Below are positions 51,072 to 60,428 of a stretch of 64,000 bases of DNA, one piece after another. Every line of letters begins with the position of its first letter. Position 1 is the first letter of the stretch. A program made the translations under genes and the position numbers. The notes under the pieces were generated by a model. The model worked only from the letters and a program-made list of their open reading frames with translations. It was not told the origin of the DNA and made no database searches. The stretch lies in NCBI GenBank assembly GCA_965652425.1, contig CBFGVX010000004.1:3078-67077 (forward strand). The letters run 5' to 3'. Source of the stretch: an uncultured bacterium (GTDB lineage: Bacteria; Planctomycetota; Phycisphaerae; Phycisphaerales; UBA1924).

Positions 51072-51312
51072 ATCGAAGCCGATTCCTTGCCGGAAAACGG
51101 CAAAACCAATCCACCACTCCCCCGCCGTTGTCCCGGCCGAGGCGGTTCAGGTTCGCAGAAAAAGCCGGCGATCATGCTGCCGTGGGGACCGGCATGACGC
51201 CCGCATCGATTGGTACTGCTCATGAAAGCAGGATTCTAGCAATTGCCATCCGTTCACGCACGACCACGGGCGGCGTGCGAAGCACAAAATATGCTCGATT
51301 TCCAAGCCGCGA

Positions 51313-52686
51313 CTACACGGGAAAGGGGGATCCCGAGGACGCCGCGAACGCGATGCGCCCACCGGCAATCGTGCCGACCACTCGCCCGATCATGCGCTCC
51401 CCGATCCAGGGGCAGTTGCGGCTTCTGGAGCCGAGATCGGATTCTTCAAAGGTCCATTCGGCACCGGGATCGATCAGCACCAGATCCGCTCTCCGGCCGA
51501 CCTTGAGCGATCCAAAGCTGTCCCAGCCCATCACCCGCGCCGGTGCAACAGCCATTTTCTCGACAAGGAACTCCAGGGACCATCGGCCCGACACCACAAA
51601 GCCGGTGTGAAGACTGCAGAACGCGGTCTCCAGACCGATGATCCCGAATGGGGCATCCTCGAACGGCCTGCTCTTGGATTCCGGATGGTGAGGGGCGTGA
51701 TCCGTCGCGATGCAGTCGATCGTGCCGTCTTCCAAGGCAAGAATCAGAGATTCCCGATCGGACTCGTCGCACAGGGGCGGCTTCATCTTCGCGTGCGTAT
51801 CCCCGAGCCCCGGTGAGTCTGCCCGACGCACGCGCTCATCCGTAAACAGCAGGTGATGCGGACTGACCTCCGCCGTCACCGGGGCCCCCCTGCTCTTGAA
51901 GAACCGAATCACTTCCACCGAATCTTTCGTTGACACATGGCAGATGTGAAGCCGGCAGCCAGTCTCCAGACTCAGAGCGCAATCCCTGGCGATGCCCACC
52001 GCTTCCGAGGTCCGCGGGATGCCGGCAAGCCCGAGATCCGCCGAAACACGCCCCTCGTGCATGACACCCGGCCCGGTCAGGGACATGTCCTCGCAGTGAT
52101 CGAGCACCACCGGCTTGCCGCCCCACTCATTGGCGGGAATATCGACCAGCGCCTGCATCGCTCGGCGCATCATGCCCGCGTGGGCGACCGGCAGGCCGTC
52201 ATCGCTGAACGCCCCGGCCCCTGCCTCCCAGAGCGCTCCGAAATCGGTAAGCCGTTCGCTCTTCATGCCTTGCGAAACACAGGCCACCGGATGCACCCGA
52301 ACCCCCGCACCCACTCCTCCGGATCGCTCGTGCTCGGCAGCACGATCCAGGATGTACCGGGTGACCAGCGTCGAATCGATCGTCGGAGAAGTGTTTGGCA
52401 TGCACCAGACATTGGTGAACCCACCCTTCGCGGCTGCCGCGCACCCGCTCGCCACGGTCTCGCTGATCTCTCCACCCGGTTCGCGGAAATGCACATGGAT
52501 GTCGGCGAATGCCGGGCAGAGAACGAGACCGTCGGCATCGATCACCCGCTCGTTCGGCCGAACCTGCAGATCGGTCCCGATCGCAGCCACGGTCCCGCTT
52601 TCCACCCGCAGATCGGACCGTCCGGAGAGGTTCTGAGACGGATCCAGAACGGTGGCGCCTCGAATCACAAAGCTGGAACTATCCAC
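51313..52686 (-). CDS. pyrC: Dihydroorotase
   Basis: Amidohydrolase motifs DIHVHFREPG, DHCED and ATDHAPH. I chose the GTG at 52686 (VDSSSFVIRGATVLDP) because it overlaps the pyrB stop by only 8 nt. The ATG at 52710 is an alternative. Confidence 0.88.
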   Translation of the reverse strand: MDSSSFVIRGATVLDPSQNLSGRSDLRVESGTVAAIGTDLQVRPNERVIDADGLVLCPAFADIHVHFREPGGEISETVASGCAAAAKGGFTNVWCMPNTSPTIDSTLVTRYILDRAAEHERSGGVGAGVRVHPVACVSQGMKSERLTDFGALWEAGAGAFSDDGLPVAHAGMMRRAMQALVDIPANEWGGKPVVLDHCEDMSLTGPGVMHEGRVSADLGLAGIPRTSEAVGIARDCALSLETGCRLHICHVSTKDSVEVIRFFKSRGAPVTAEVSPHHLLFTDERVRRADSPGLGDTHAKMKPPLCDESDRESLILALEDGTIDCIATDHAPHHPESKSRPFEDAPFGIIGLETAFCSLHTGFVVSGRWSLEFLVEKMAVAPARVMGWDSFGSLKVGRRADLVLIDPGAEWTFEESDLGSRSRNCPWIGERMIGRVVGTIAGGRIAFAASSGSPFPV

Positions 52687-53665
52687 GCCGCATCTCCCGC
52701 CTCGCGTCATCAAGCACACTCAGAACCGCCATACGCACCCAGACTCCGTTGGCGACCTGCTGCTCGACAAGGCAACGCGGATCGGCCATGACAGAGCAAT
52801 CAATCTCGACACCGCGGTTCACCGGACCCGGATGCAACACCACCGCTCCGGGGCAGTGGCGATCAAGCCGATCCAAGGTCAGTCCGTAGTGGCGCCGGTA
52901 CTCACCGGGCGAAGGATACATCACCCCCGACTGCCGCTCGGTCTGCACCCGAAGCGCATAGACCACATCCGCGCCCGAAATCCCGGACTTCAGATCGCGG
53001 CGGATCGTCCACCCGAGTTCCGCAAACCCTTCCGGAACAAACGCCTTCGGCCCGACCAGCGTCACCGTGGCCCCGGCCATCGACCACAACGCCAGATTGG
53101 ACCGGGCGACGCGGCTGTGCGCCACATCCCCCACCATCGCGATCCGCAACCCTCTCATGTCCGCGAGGCGGTTCAACCGGAAATGCTGCCGGATGGTCAG
53201 GGCATCCAGCAACGCCTGGGTGGGGTGCTCTCTCGCGCCGTCCCCGGCGTTGATGACCGAGGCGTCGGTGTGGGCCGCGACGAGTTCGGGCGTTCCGGCC
53301 CGCTGATGACGGACCACAAGGAAATCAGGAGACATCATCGAGATCGTGCGGATGGTGTCCCCGAGCGACTCGCCCTTGGATAACGAGCTGGAGTTGACCT
53401 CCAGATTCAGTGTGTCCATCCCGAGACGACGGGCAGCAATCTCGAACGAAGTCCGGGTCCTGGTGGAATTTTCGAAGAACAGAGTGAGCACCAGAGCGTT
53501 CCGCCGCACCTGAGAAGATGTGCTGCTCCCGAATTCCATGGCCAGGGCAAGGTATTTTTCGAGTTGCTCTGCATCGGCACCACGAAGAGCGCAAAGCGAT
53601 GGAGCGCTGCGAACCTCAGTGGGCTTCGAACATCGATGTGCGGAGACAGAACTCACTCTCGCCAT
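52679..53665 (-). CDS. pyrB: Aspartate carbamoyltransferase catalytic subunit
   Basis: Carbamoyl-phosphate-binding STRTR (FENSTRTRTSFE), HPTQALLD and HPGPVNRG. Confidence 0.93.
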   Translation of the reverse strand: MARVSSVSAHRCSKPTEVRSAPSLCALRGADAEQLEKYLALAMEFGSSTSSQVRRNALVLTLFFENSTRTRTSFEIAARRLGMDTLNLEVNSSSLSKGESLGDTIRTISMMSPDFLVVRHQRAGTPELVAAHTDASVINAGDGAREHPTQALLDALTIRQHFRLNRLADMRGLRIAMVGDVAHSRVARSNLALWSMAGATVTLVGPKAFVPEGFAELGWTIRRDLKSGISGADVVYALRVQTERQSGVMYPSPGEYRRHYGLTLDRLDRHCPGAVVLHPGPVNRGVEIDCSVMADPRCLVEQQVANGVWVRMAVLSVLDDARREMRRG

Positions 53666-53897
53666 TTCCTATACAGAGAACGACATTCCGACGGTTTCTG
53701 GCCCCGAAAAGGCGAGGATTCTGCCCAATATCGGATTCATGCCCAAAACGCCATACCCACGCCTTGCCATTCCTGTCGATGGGGGAACAGTACAGGAAGT
53801 ATGACTGGCGGGCCACCCGCCGAGAGTGAAGAGCCCGGGGGTTATCGGGTCTTCTTGAGCATCATCCGGCTTTGGCCGGGATTTGGGAGAACAACAG

Positions 53898-55568
53898 ATG
53901 CGATTTCGAGATCAAGTGAAAGCACTGCTCGGGGCAGCCGGCATTGTCGCCGCCTCACTTGCGGTGACAACGGCCTCCGCTGACCCGATGGTCACCCCTG
54001 AATTCCACAGCGATGTTCTGAACTCGCTGTCGATCACCGACGGTGAGCTGACCAGTATCGATCTTTCCCGGATGAACAATGGGAATTTCAGTTTCACCAT
54101 CCCGCTGGAGGGGGATCAGGTCGGTATCGAGATCTGGTCGCACGATATCCGCAGCGCTGGCTACCGCTTGATCGAGCAGATTGAGGACGGTTCCTATGTC
54201 GATGTGGAGCCGGGTCCGGTCTCGACTTTCCGGGGCATCGTCTCGGAGATCCCGGATGCGGTGGTTGCCGCTTCGGTCATGGATGGCCAGATTTATGCGC
54301 TGATCCTCATGCCCGACGGGACCCGTCACTGGGTTGAGCCGCTTTCCTCGCGATTCCCGGAAGTCGACCGGAACCTGCACGCGGTGTACGCCCAGGAAGA
54401 TGTGATCCCGTCTCTCGGTATGTGCGCGGTGGTCGACTCGTTCATCGAGAAGACCCAGGCCATGCAGGAACCCGAGGTCACCCTTGATCGTGGAGGCGGA
54501 GACTGCGGCGGCATGTGCGTGGCCGAACTCGGCGCTGATGCCGATTTCGAGTTCTACCAGGCCTTCGGCAGCAGCACATTTGCCGTTGAGAACGCCATCA
54601 ACAGCATCATCAACTCGGTGAATGTCCTGTATGAAAACCAGGTCGGCATCACGCACGAGATCACCGGCATCATCGTTCGGACCTCCGAGCCGGACCCCTA
54701 CTCCACGACCAACGCCGGCTCGCTGCTTGATCAGTTCCGTCAGCACTGGCTTGTGAATGTGGGCGGCAGTATCCCCCACGACACCGCCCAGCTCTTCACC
54801 GGTAAGAACCTCAACGGTTCGACCATCGGTATCGCGTTCCTCGGCGGCGTGTGCAACAGTCTCCGCTATTCGCTGGTCGAGACGACCTGCTGCGGCAGCT
54901 TCGCCTGCCGGACCGACCTGTCCGCTCACGAGCTCGGTCACAACTGGGACAGCGAGCACCACAACGGCAGCAACAGCACCATGAACCCGGGACTGGTGTG
55001 TGCGAACAACTTCATCACGCCATCCCGCGACGCGATCATCGCGTTCCGCAACTCCCGGAACTGCCTCAGCCCCCTGCCGCAGTTGGACCCTCCCGGTTCG
55101 TTCAACCTCGTTTCTCCCGCCAACGGAGCGGTGGAAGTGCCGCGGAACCCCACCATCCAGTGGAGCGGTGCCGCAGACGCGAACTTCTATCGTGTGACCT
55201 TGGCAGACAACCCCGAATTCGTCAGCCCGAAGATCAGCAACTTCAACACCACCTCGACGCAGATCTCGACCCTGCCTCCCAACTTCCTCGATGAGGGTGT
55301 CACCTACTACTGGAAGGTCGTGGCCTTCAACGACGCCGGAACCACCGATTCGACACCGCAAATCGCGAGCTTCACCGTGGAAGGATCGCTGCCCGAGCCC
55401 TGCCCGGGCGATGTCGACGGCAACCAGATTGTGAACCTCGATGACCTGAACATCGTGCTTTCCAACTTCGGGCAGAGCACCGATGATGGCGATGTGGACG
55501 GGAACGGCTCGGTCGACCTCGACGATCTGAACATTGTTCTCTCCAACTTCGGGAACAGCTGCGAATAA
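53898..55568 (+). CDS. Secreted zinc metalloprotease (reprolysin/M12B-like, HExxHxxxxxH) with FN3-like domain and tandem dockerin-like C-terminal module
   Basis: ATG at 53898 preceded by GGGAGA. Signal peptide, zinc motif HELGHNWDSEHH and C-terminus CPGDVDGNQIVNLDDLNIVLSNFGQSTDDGDVDGNGSVDLDDLNIVLSNFGNSCE. Confidence 0.75.
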   Translation: MRFRDQVKALLGAAGIVAASLAVTTASADPMVTPEFHSDVLNSLSITDGELTSIDLSRMNNGNFSFTIPLEGDQVGIEIWSHDIRSAGYRLIEQIEDGSYVDVEPGPVSTFRGIVSEIPDAVVAASVMDGQIYALILMPDGTRHWVEPLSSRFPEVDRNLHAVYAQEDVIPSLGMCAVVDSFIEKTQAMQEPEVTLDRGGGDCGGMCVAELGADADFEFYQAFGSSTFAVENAINSIINSVNVLYENQVGITHEITGIIVRTSEPDPYSTTNAGSLLDQFRQHWLVNVGGSIPHDTAQLFTGKNLNGSTIGIAFLGGVCNSLRYSLVETTCCGSFACRTDLSAHELGHNWDSEHHNGSNSTMNPGLVCANNFITPSRDAIIAFRNSRNCLSPLPQLDPPGSFNLVSPANGAVEVPRNPTIQWSGAADANFYRVTLADNPEFVSPKISNFNTTSTQISTLPPNFLDEGVTYYWKVVAFNDAGTTDSTPQIASFTVEGSLPEPCPGDVDGNQIVNLDDLNIVLSNFGQSTDDGDVDGNGSVDLDDLNIVLSNFGNSCE

Positions 55569-55598
55569 ATCCCGCCCTTTCGGCACGGATCAGCCCTC

Positions 55599-55625
55599 AG
55601 CCCGGCCTTCGAGCCGGGCTTTTTC
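55599..55625 (+). terminator. Rho-independent terminator after the metalloprotease gene
   Basis: AGCCCGGC-CTTCGA-GCCGGGCT followed by TTTTTC. Confidence 0.75.
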
Positions 55626-55755
55626 GTCGAAACCCTTCGAGATGTCTCGAAAGTCAACGATCGGGACATGACCGGCTGATTCCCAGAAGTTCATATGATG
55701 CACACCGGGAGCGGCTCGCTTCCGCATCACGCTGAATCCCTTGAGGAGGCCGGAC

Positions 55756-56361
55756 ATGCAGATTTTGATCGCGCTGGGTATCGCTCTCGTCGTGCTGATC
55801 ATCCTGATCGCTTTGGTGATCGCGATATACAACAAACTTGTCACCCTGAAGAACCGGTACGAGAACGCGTTCGCTCAGATCGAGGTGCAGCTCAAGCGCC
55901 GGTACGACCTGATCCCGAATCTGGTCGAAACCGCCAAGGGATACATGAGCCACGAGCGTGAGACGCTCGAGGCGGTGATCGCGGCACGCAATCAGGCCGT
56001 GAGCGGCTTGCAGCAGGCCGCGGCGAATCCGGGAGATCCCAACGCGATGCAGTCCCTTGCCGGTGCCGAGGGCATGCTGGGCGGGGCCTTGAGCCGCCTG
56101 ATGGCCGTCGTTGAGTCGTACCCTGACCTGAAAGCCAATCAGAACATGATGTCGCTTCAGGAGGAGATCACGGCGACCGAGAACAAGGTGGCGTTCAGCC
56201 GTCAGTCGTTCAACGATTCGGTGACGACTTACAACACCTACCGCCAATCCTTCCCACCGGTCATCTTCGCGGGCTTCTTCGGTCACGGCTCGGATGCCGC
56301 CTTGCTCGAGTTCGCGGATTCGGAGCAGATCCAAGCCGCGCCGAAGGTCAGCTTCAACTGA
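55756..56361 (+). CDS. lemA: LemA family protein
   Basis: ATG at 55756 preceded by GAGGAGG. N-terminal TM helix, then YNKLVTLKNRYENAFAQIEVQLKRRYDLIPNLVETAKGYMSHERETL, the hallmark LemA sequence. Confidence 0.9.
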   Translation: MQILIALGIALVVLIILIALVIAIYNKLVTLKNRYENAFAQIEVQLKRRYDLIPNLVETAKGYMSHERETLEAVIAARNQAVSGLQQAAANPGDPNAMQSLAGAEGMLGGALSRLMAVVESYPDLKANQNMMSLQEEITATENKVAFSRQSFNDSVTTYNTYRQSFPPVIFAGFFGHGSDAALLEFADSEQIQAAPKVSFN

Positions 56362-56389
56362 TCAGACTGAACTGGGAGAGATCCTTACG

Positions 56390-58348
56390 ATGCAACCCGG
56401 TCGGGCCACGATGGACTTTTTCGGTGAGCAGGATGCAGCCAGAAAACGCACGAGGCAACTCGTGCTGCTTTACGGCCTCGCGGTCCTGCTGATGTGCGGC
56501 GTTGTCGCCGGGGTCACGGGGCTGGTGTTCGGAGCGTCGAATAACGGCGAGCCCGCCGCGATCTTCGTCCCGGCGGCGATCGCGGCGATCGTGACCGGTC
56601 TGATCATCGCCGGGGGATCGGCCTACCGCATCGCCCAGCTTCGCGGCGGGGGCAGTTCGGTCGCGCTGGCTCTGGGGGGTAAGAGAATCGCTCCGGATTC
56701 GACTGATCCCCACGAGCGCCGAGTGCTCAATGTCGTCGAAGAGATGGCCATCGCCTCGGGCGTGCCTGTCCCACCGGTCTACATGCTCGGTCAGGAAACG
56801 GCGATCAATGCGTTCGCCGCGGGATACAGCACGGGCGATGCGGTCATCGGCGTCACCCACGGCTGCGTCGTGGGGCTGACGCGGGATGAACTGCAGGGGG
56901 TGATGGCCCACGAATTCAGCCACATCCTCAACGGTGACATGCGCCTGAACATCCGAATGATCGGTCTGATCAACGGCATCGTGCTGCTGAGTCTGATGGG
57001 CCATATGGTCATGCGATCGGCCCTGTACGCCCCGCGAGGACGCGGCAAAAACGACAGCACACTCCCTCTACTGGTCATCGGTGTCGTCCTGCTGATCGTG
57101 GGTTCGCTGGGCTCGGTGATGGGCCGGTTCATCCAGGCCGCGGTAAGCCGGCAGCGGGAGTTCCTGGCCGATGCCGCGGCGGTGCAGTTCACCCGCAATC
57201 CGGATGGTATCGCCAACGCCCTGCGCAGGATCGGTGGCGCGACCGGTCGGGGACGGCTGAAGAGCCCCCATGCCGAGGAAGCGAACCACATGCTCTTCGG
57301 GGAGGGGATCCGGGCATCGTCGCTGTTTGGCTCGGCCCTCGCCTCACACCCGCCTCTGCCCAAGCGCATCCGAGCGATCAACCCGAGTTGGGATGGAACC
57401 ATGCTCGAACCCATCGTCGACGCGAACAGGGAGCGGATCGAGCGCGAGGGAACGCCGGCGGACCGGATCAACAAACATTTACGGGATCGACTCGACAGCC
57501 AGAAGCAGCCCGACGCAGTGCTGGAGCTGCTCCCGTTGCTGGCTCTGGCCGGGAACGCGACTCCTGCTCATCTCGAACACGCGCGACGGGTTCTCAGCGC
57601 GATCCCGAAACCGCTCAAGGATGCCGCTCACGATATCTACGGCGCACGCGCGGTGGTCTACTGCCTGCTGCTCGACTCGCGACCGCAATACCTCAACAGG
57701 CAGATGGATATCCTCCGCTCCAAGGGTGGCTCTGGCATCGCGAAGCTGGTTGAGGACCTCCGTCCCCTCGCCTTGCCGCTGGACCGGCATCTGCGCTTGC
57801 CGCTGCTGGACATGACCCTCGGAACGCTGGCCGAACTCTCTGCGCAGCAGCACCGAGAGTTCAGAGCGAATGTCCGGGCTCTGGTCGATGCCGATGAGCA
57901 ACTCGACCTTTTCGAGTGGGTCAGTCTCAAGGTGCTCGAGCACCACCTCGACGAGCGATTCGAGGAGAGCAGTCGCCCGATTACGCAGTACTACTCGCTT
58001 GCGAAACTCGGCGAACCGATCGGTGTGCTCCTCTCGACGATGGTCCATGCCGGCACCGAACAGCCGGAGCACGCCGCGAAAGCGTTCGGACTGGCGGCGA
58101 GGCCGCTCAAGATCGAAGGGATCCGCTTTATCCCGCGTCCGGACTGCACTTTAGCCAGTCTTGAATCGGCTCTGGATGTGCTCCGAACCGTCGCCCCGCG
58201 GCTCAAACAGGAAGTCTTCAAGGCCTGCGCCATCGCCGCGGGCAGCGACCGGGTCATCACTCCGGATGAAGCTGAGCTTCTTCGCGCGATCGGAGACATC
58301 CTGGGTGTGCCGACCCCCCCGCTCCTGCCCGGCCAGCGCCTGGTCTGA
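56390..58348 (+). CDS. M48-family (HtpX-like) zinc metallopeptidase with long C-terminal domain
   Basis: ATG at 56390 within the track ORF. TM helices flank the HEFSHILNGD zinc motif, with a downstream EFLADAAAVQFT block. About 300 aa of unassigned C-terminal sequence follows. Confidence 0.85.
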   Translation: MQPGRATMDFFGEQDAARKRTRQLVLLYGLAVLLMCGVVAGVTGLVFGASNNGEPAAIFVPAAIAAIVTGLIIAGGSAYRIAQLRGGGSSVALALGGKRIAPDSTDPHERRVLNVVEEMAIASGVPVPPVYMLGQETAINAFAAGYSTGDAVIGVTHGCVVGLTRDELQGVMAHEFSHILNGDMRLNIRMIGLINGIVLLSLMGHMVMRSALYAPRGRGKNDSTLPLLVIGVVLLIVGSLGSVMGRFIQAAVSRQREFLADAAAVQFTRNPDGIANALRRIGGATGRGRLKSPHAEEANHMLFGEGIRASSLFGSALASHPPLPKRIRAINPSWDGTMLEPIVDANRERIEREGTPADRINKHLRDRLDSQKQPDAVLELLPLLALAGNATPAHLEHARRVLSAIPKPLKDAAHDIYGARAVVYCLLLDSRPQYLNRQMDILRSKGGSGIAKLVEDLRPLALPLDRHLRLPLLDMTLGTLAELSAQQHREFRANVRALVDADEQLDLFEWVSLKVLEHHLDERFEESSRPITQYYSLAKLGEPIGVLLSTMVHAGTEQPEHAAKAFGLAARPLKIEGIRFIPRPDCTLASLESALDVLRTVAPRLKQEVFKACAIAAGSDRVITPDEAELLRAIGDILGVPTPPLLPGQRLV

Positions 58349-58401
58349 GCGGCAAAGCCCTGAACCGACGAACGGAGCAGGTTTCGCGGTATCGTGCTGT
58401 C

Positions 58402-58917
58402 ATGAAACCAGTCCTGCTCGCCGTTCTCGCCGGTCTCTGCTGGGGCATCGGGGAGGTCTTCACCCGGAGCGTGCTTCATTCCAAGGAGATCGGTCCGTTC
58501 GCCGCGATCGCGATCCGGTCGACCGTGGCCATCCCGGCGATCTGGGCGGCCTACTACATCGCGGCCCATGTCCTTCGATCGCCGATGGAGGTCGAAGGGT
58601 GGTTCACGCAGGCGTCGGCGCGGACCTGGTTCAAACTGATCGTCGGGTCCGGTCTGATCGCCGGTGCCGCAGCGATGATCTTCTTTTACGCCGCATTGAG
58701 TCTGGGTGAGGTGTCGAGGATCAAACCGATCGCGTTCGCCTTGGCTCCGGCCACCGCTGTCCTGCTCGGGTGGCTCACGCTTGGGGAATCGCTCACCGTT
58801 CGAAAAGTGATCGCGCTGGTTCTGATCCTGACCGGTGTCGTGCTGCTGACCGGTCAACCCAAGGCCAAGCGTGCCGAATCGCTGCCGGGCGATCAGTCGA
58901 TCCGCACGAATTCGTAG
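58402..58917 (+). CDS. Small EamA-like (DMT superfamily) membrane protein, single-domain
   Basis: About five hydrophobic helices, with an N-terminus (LAVLAGLCWGIGEVFTR) and C-terminal half (LGESLTVRKVIALVLILTGVVLL) typical of an EamA domain. Confidence 0.65.
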   Translation: MKPVLLAVLAGLCWGIGEVFTRSVLHSKEIGPFAAIAIRSTVAIPAIWAAYYIAAHVLRSPMEVEGWFTQASARTWFKLIVGSGLIAGAAAMIFFYAALSLGEVSRIKPIAFALAPATAVLLGWLTLGESLTVRKVIALVLILTGVVLLTGQPKAKRAESLPGDQSIRTNS

Positions 58918-59567
58918 CCGCCCTCGGTCGCCCCCCAAACTTGCTGGTCCTGAGCGTTATAGCCCCGGTCCCAGGTCAGAAGCATATCGGGAGTGATGGT
59001 GACTTCGCTCATGACATAGGCCGCACCACGCAGCGTGCTGGCGCAGGTCCCGGAATCGGTTGATCCGACGAACGATCCGCTTTGTTCGTCATATCGCAGG
59101 GTGACCGCGCACCCTTCGAGTTCGGTCAGATCAGCGGGCCGAAACTCCGAGAATCGCTGCGGCGATTTCCACCACCCTGCGTACTGCAGCGCCGGCTGGG
59201 GCAACTCGTAGACCTCGCTCCTGAAGCGATTCTCGTCTATTCGAGTGACTCGGTAGACGCGTTGGCGGTACGGACGATCGATCGCCGCAGCGGTGGCCTG
59301 CTCGACATACAACCACGCTTCACCGGGATCGCGGTCCGGCCAAATCCGGACCATCTTGAGCCGGATATCGAAGTACTGATCGTCCCTCTCCGACTGGGCC
59401 GCGCTGCTGAACGAACCGGTCATCCAAGACACGAGGCGTGCGAACTCCTGATCCTGCGCGGCCGAGCCGGTGTTCGGTGTGGTGGACTTTGACGCGCAAC
59501 CGCCGCTCACGAGGGCGGCGAGAAGAATGCCCCAGCCCATGAATTGTCTGATTGCGAAAGTTGGCAT
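58893..59567 (-). CDS. CpcT/CpeT-like (DUF1001, lipocalin-fold) lipoprotein
   Basis: I chose the internal ATG at 59567. Lipobox LVSGGC. WMTGSFSSAAQSERDDQYFDIRL...WLYVEQATAAAIDRPYRQRVYRV matches the CpcT/CpeT family pattern. Confidence 0.65.
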   Translation of the reverse strand: MPTFAIRQFMGWGILLAALVSGGCASKSTTPNTGSAAQDQEFARLVSWMTGSFSSAAQSERDDQYFDIRLKMVRIWPDRDPGEAWLYVEQATAAAIDRPYRQRVYRVTRIDENRFRSEVYELPQPALQYAGWWKSPQRFSEFRPADLTELEGCAVTLRYDEQSGSFVGSTDSGTCASTLRGAAYVMSEVTITPDMLLTWDRGYNAQDQQVWGATEGGYEFVRID

Positions 59568-59621
59568 GCGCCGCCTCCTGTTGCAGTGATGATTGTTCGA
59601 CAACACCGTACACTCGTTGCC

Positions 59622-60410
59622 ATGCGAGTGACCACCTGGAATGTCAACGGTCTGCGTGCCGCACTGCGAAAGGGGTTCGCTTCGACCATCGATCGGATCC
59701 GGCCCGATGTGCTTCTGTTGCAGGAGGTGCGGGCCAATCCGGAGCAGCTCCCCGGCGAGTGGCAGCGGCCCGACGGCTGGCATGTGCACTGGCACCCGGC
59801 AGAGAAACCGGGCTACTCCGGGACCGCGATCTGGTCCAGACACCCGATCGAGATTCTCGGCACGGGGCACGGAATCGCGGATTCCTCGCTCGGCCCGGGA
59901 GACCCCGAGGGTCGGCTGGTGCTGGCCAAGACCGGCCCAGTCCGGGTAGCGAGTGTGTACTTGCCATCAGGGTCATCCGGGGTGCACCGGCAAGCGCAGA
60001 AGGACCTCTGGCTGCACGCCTTCGAGCGTTGGGCGACCGGCACCTGCAAGGGCCGCACCCCCACGCTGCTCGGCGGCGATTTCAACATCGCCCACACGGA
60101 AAATGACATTTTCCACGCCAAATCCAACCAGAACACTTCCGGCTTCCTGCCCCATGAGCGGGAGTGGATCGGCAAGCTCTTCGAGTCGGGTTGGCAGGAC
60201 TTTGTCCGCATGCAGGCCGGTGAGCGTCCCGGCCCGTACACCTGGTGGAGCAACCGTGGGAGAGCCAGAGAACTGGATCGGGGCTGGCGGATCGATTACC
60301 TGCTCGGCAACAAGGCCGCCTCGCGGATCGCCGGCCCCACGCACATCGACCGGGAGGCCGGAATCACCGTTTCCGACCACGCCCCGGTCTCCATCGATCT
60401 TGATGTCTGA
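59622..60410 (+). CDS. xthA: Exodeoxyribonuclease III
   Basis: ATG at 59622 (MRVTTWNVNGLRAALRKGF). Motifs LLLQEVR, GDFNIAH, WWSNRGRARELDRGWRIDY and SDHAPV. Confidence 0.92.
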   Translation: MRVTTWNVNGLRAALRKGFASTIDRIRPDVLLLQEVRANPEQLPGEWQRPDGWHVHWHPAEKPGYSGTAIWSRHPIEILGTGHGIADSSLGPGDPEGRLVLAKTGPVRVASVYLPSGSSGVHRQAQKDLWLHAFERWATGTCKGRTPTLLGGDFNIAHTENDIFHAKSNQNTSGFLPHEREWIGKLFESGWQDFVRMQAGERPGPYTWWSNRGRARELDRGWRIDYLLGNKAASRIAGPTHIDREAGITVSDHAPVSIDLDV

Positions 60411-60428
60411 TCGCCGCTCCCCGGTCGG

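Noticed and set aside
50160-51197. 345-aa plus-strand ORF
   Set aside because: It is antisense to pyrF and runs into the structured spacer. No motif was found.
53666-53897. PyrR-type attenuator upstream of pyrB
   Set aside because: I looked for the conserved PyrR binding loop (UCCAGAGAGG-like) on the minus strand and did not find it. Only a short CCGGC/GCCGG hairpin belonging to the plus-strand metalloprotease leader is present.
53955-55586. 543-aa minus-strand ORF
   Set aside because: It is antisense to the metalloprotease gene, which carries HELGHNWDSEHH, a signal peptide and dockerin-like repeats.
57991-58938. 315-aa minus-strand ORF
   Set aside because: It is antisense to the end of the M48 peptidase gene and to the EamA-like gene. 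The product is Arg/Gly/Asp-rich.
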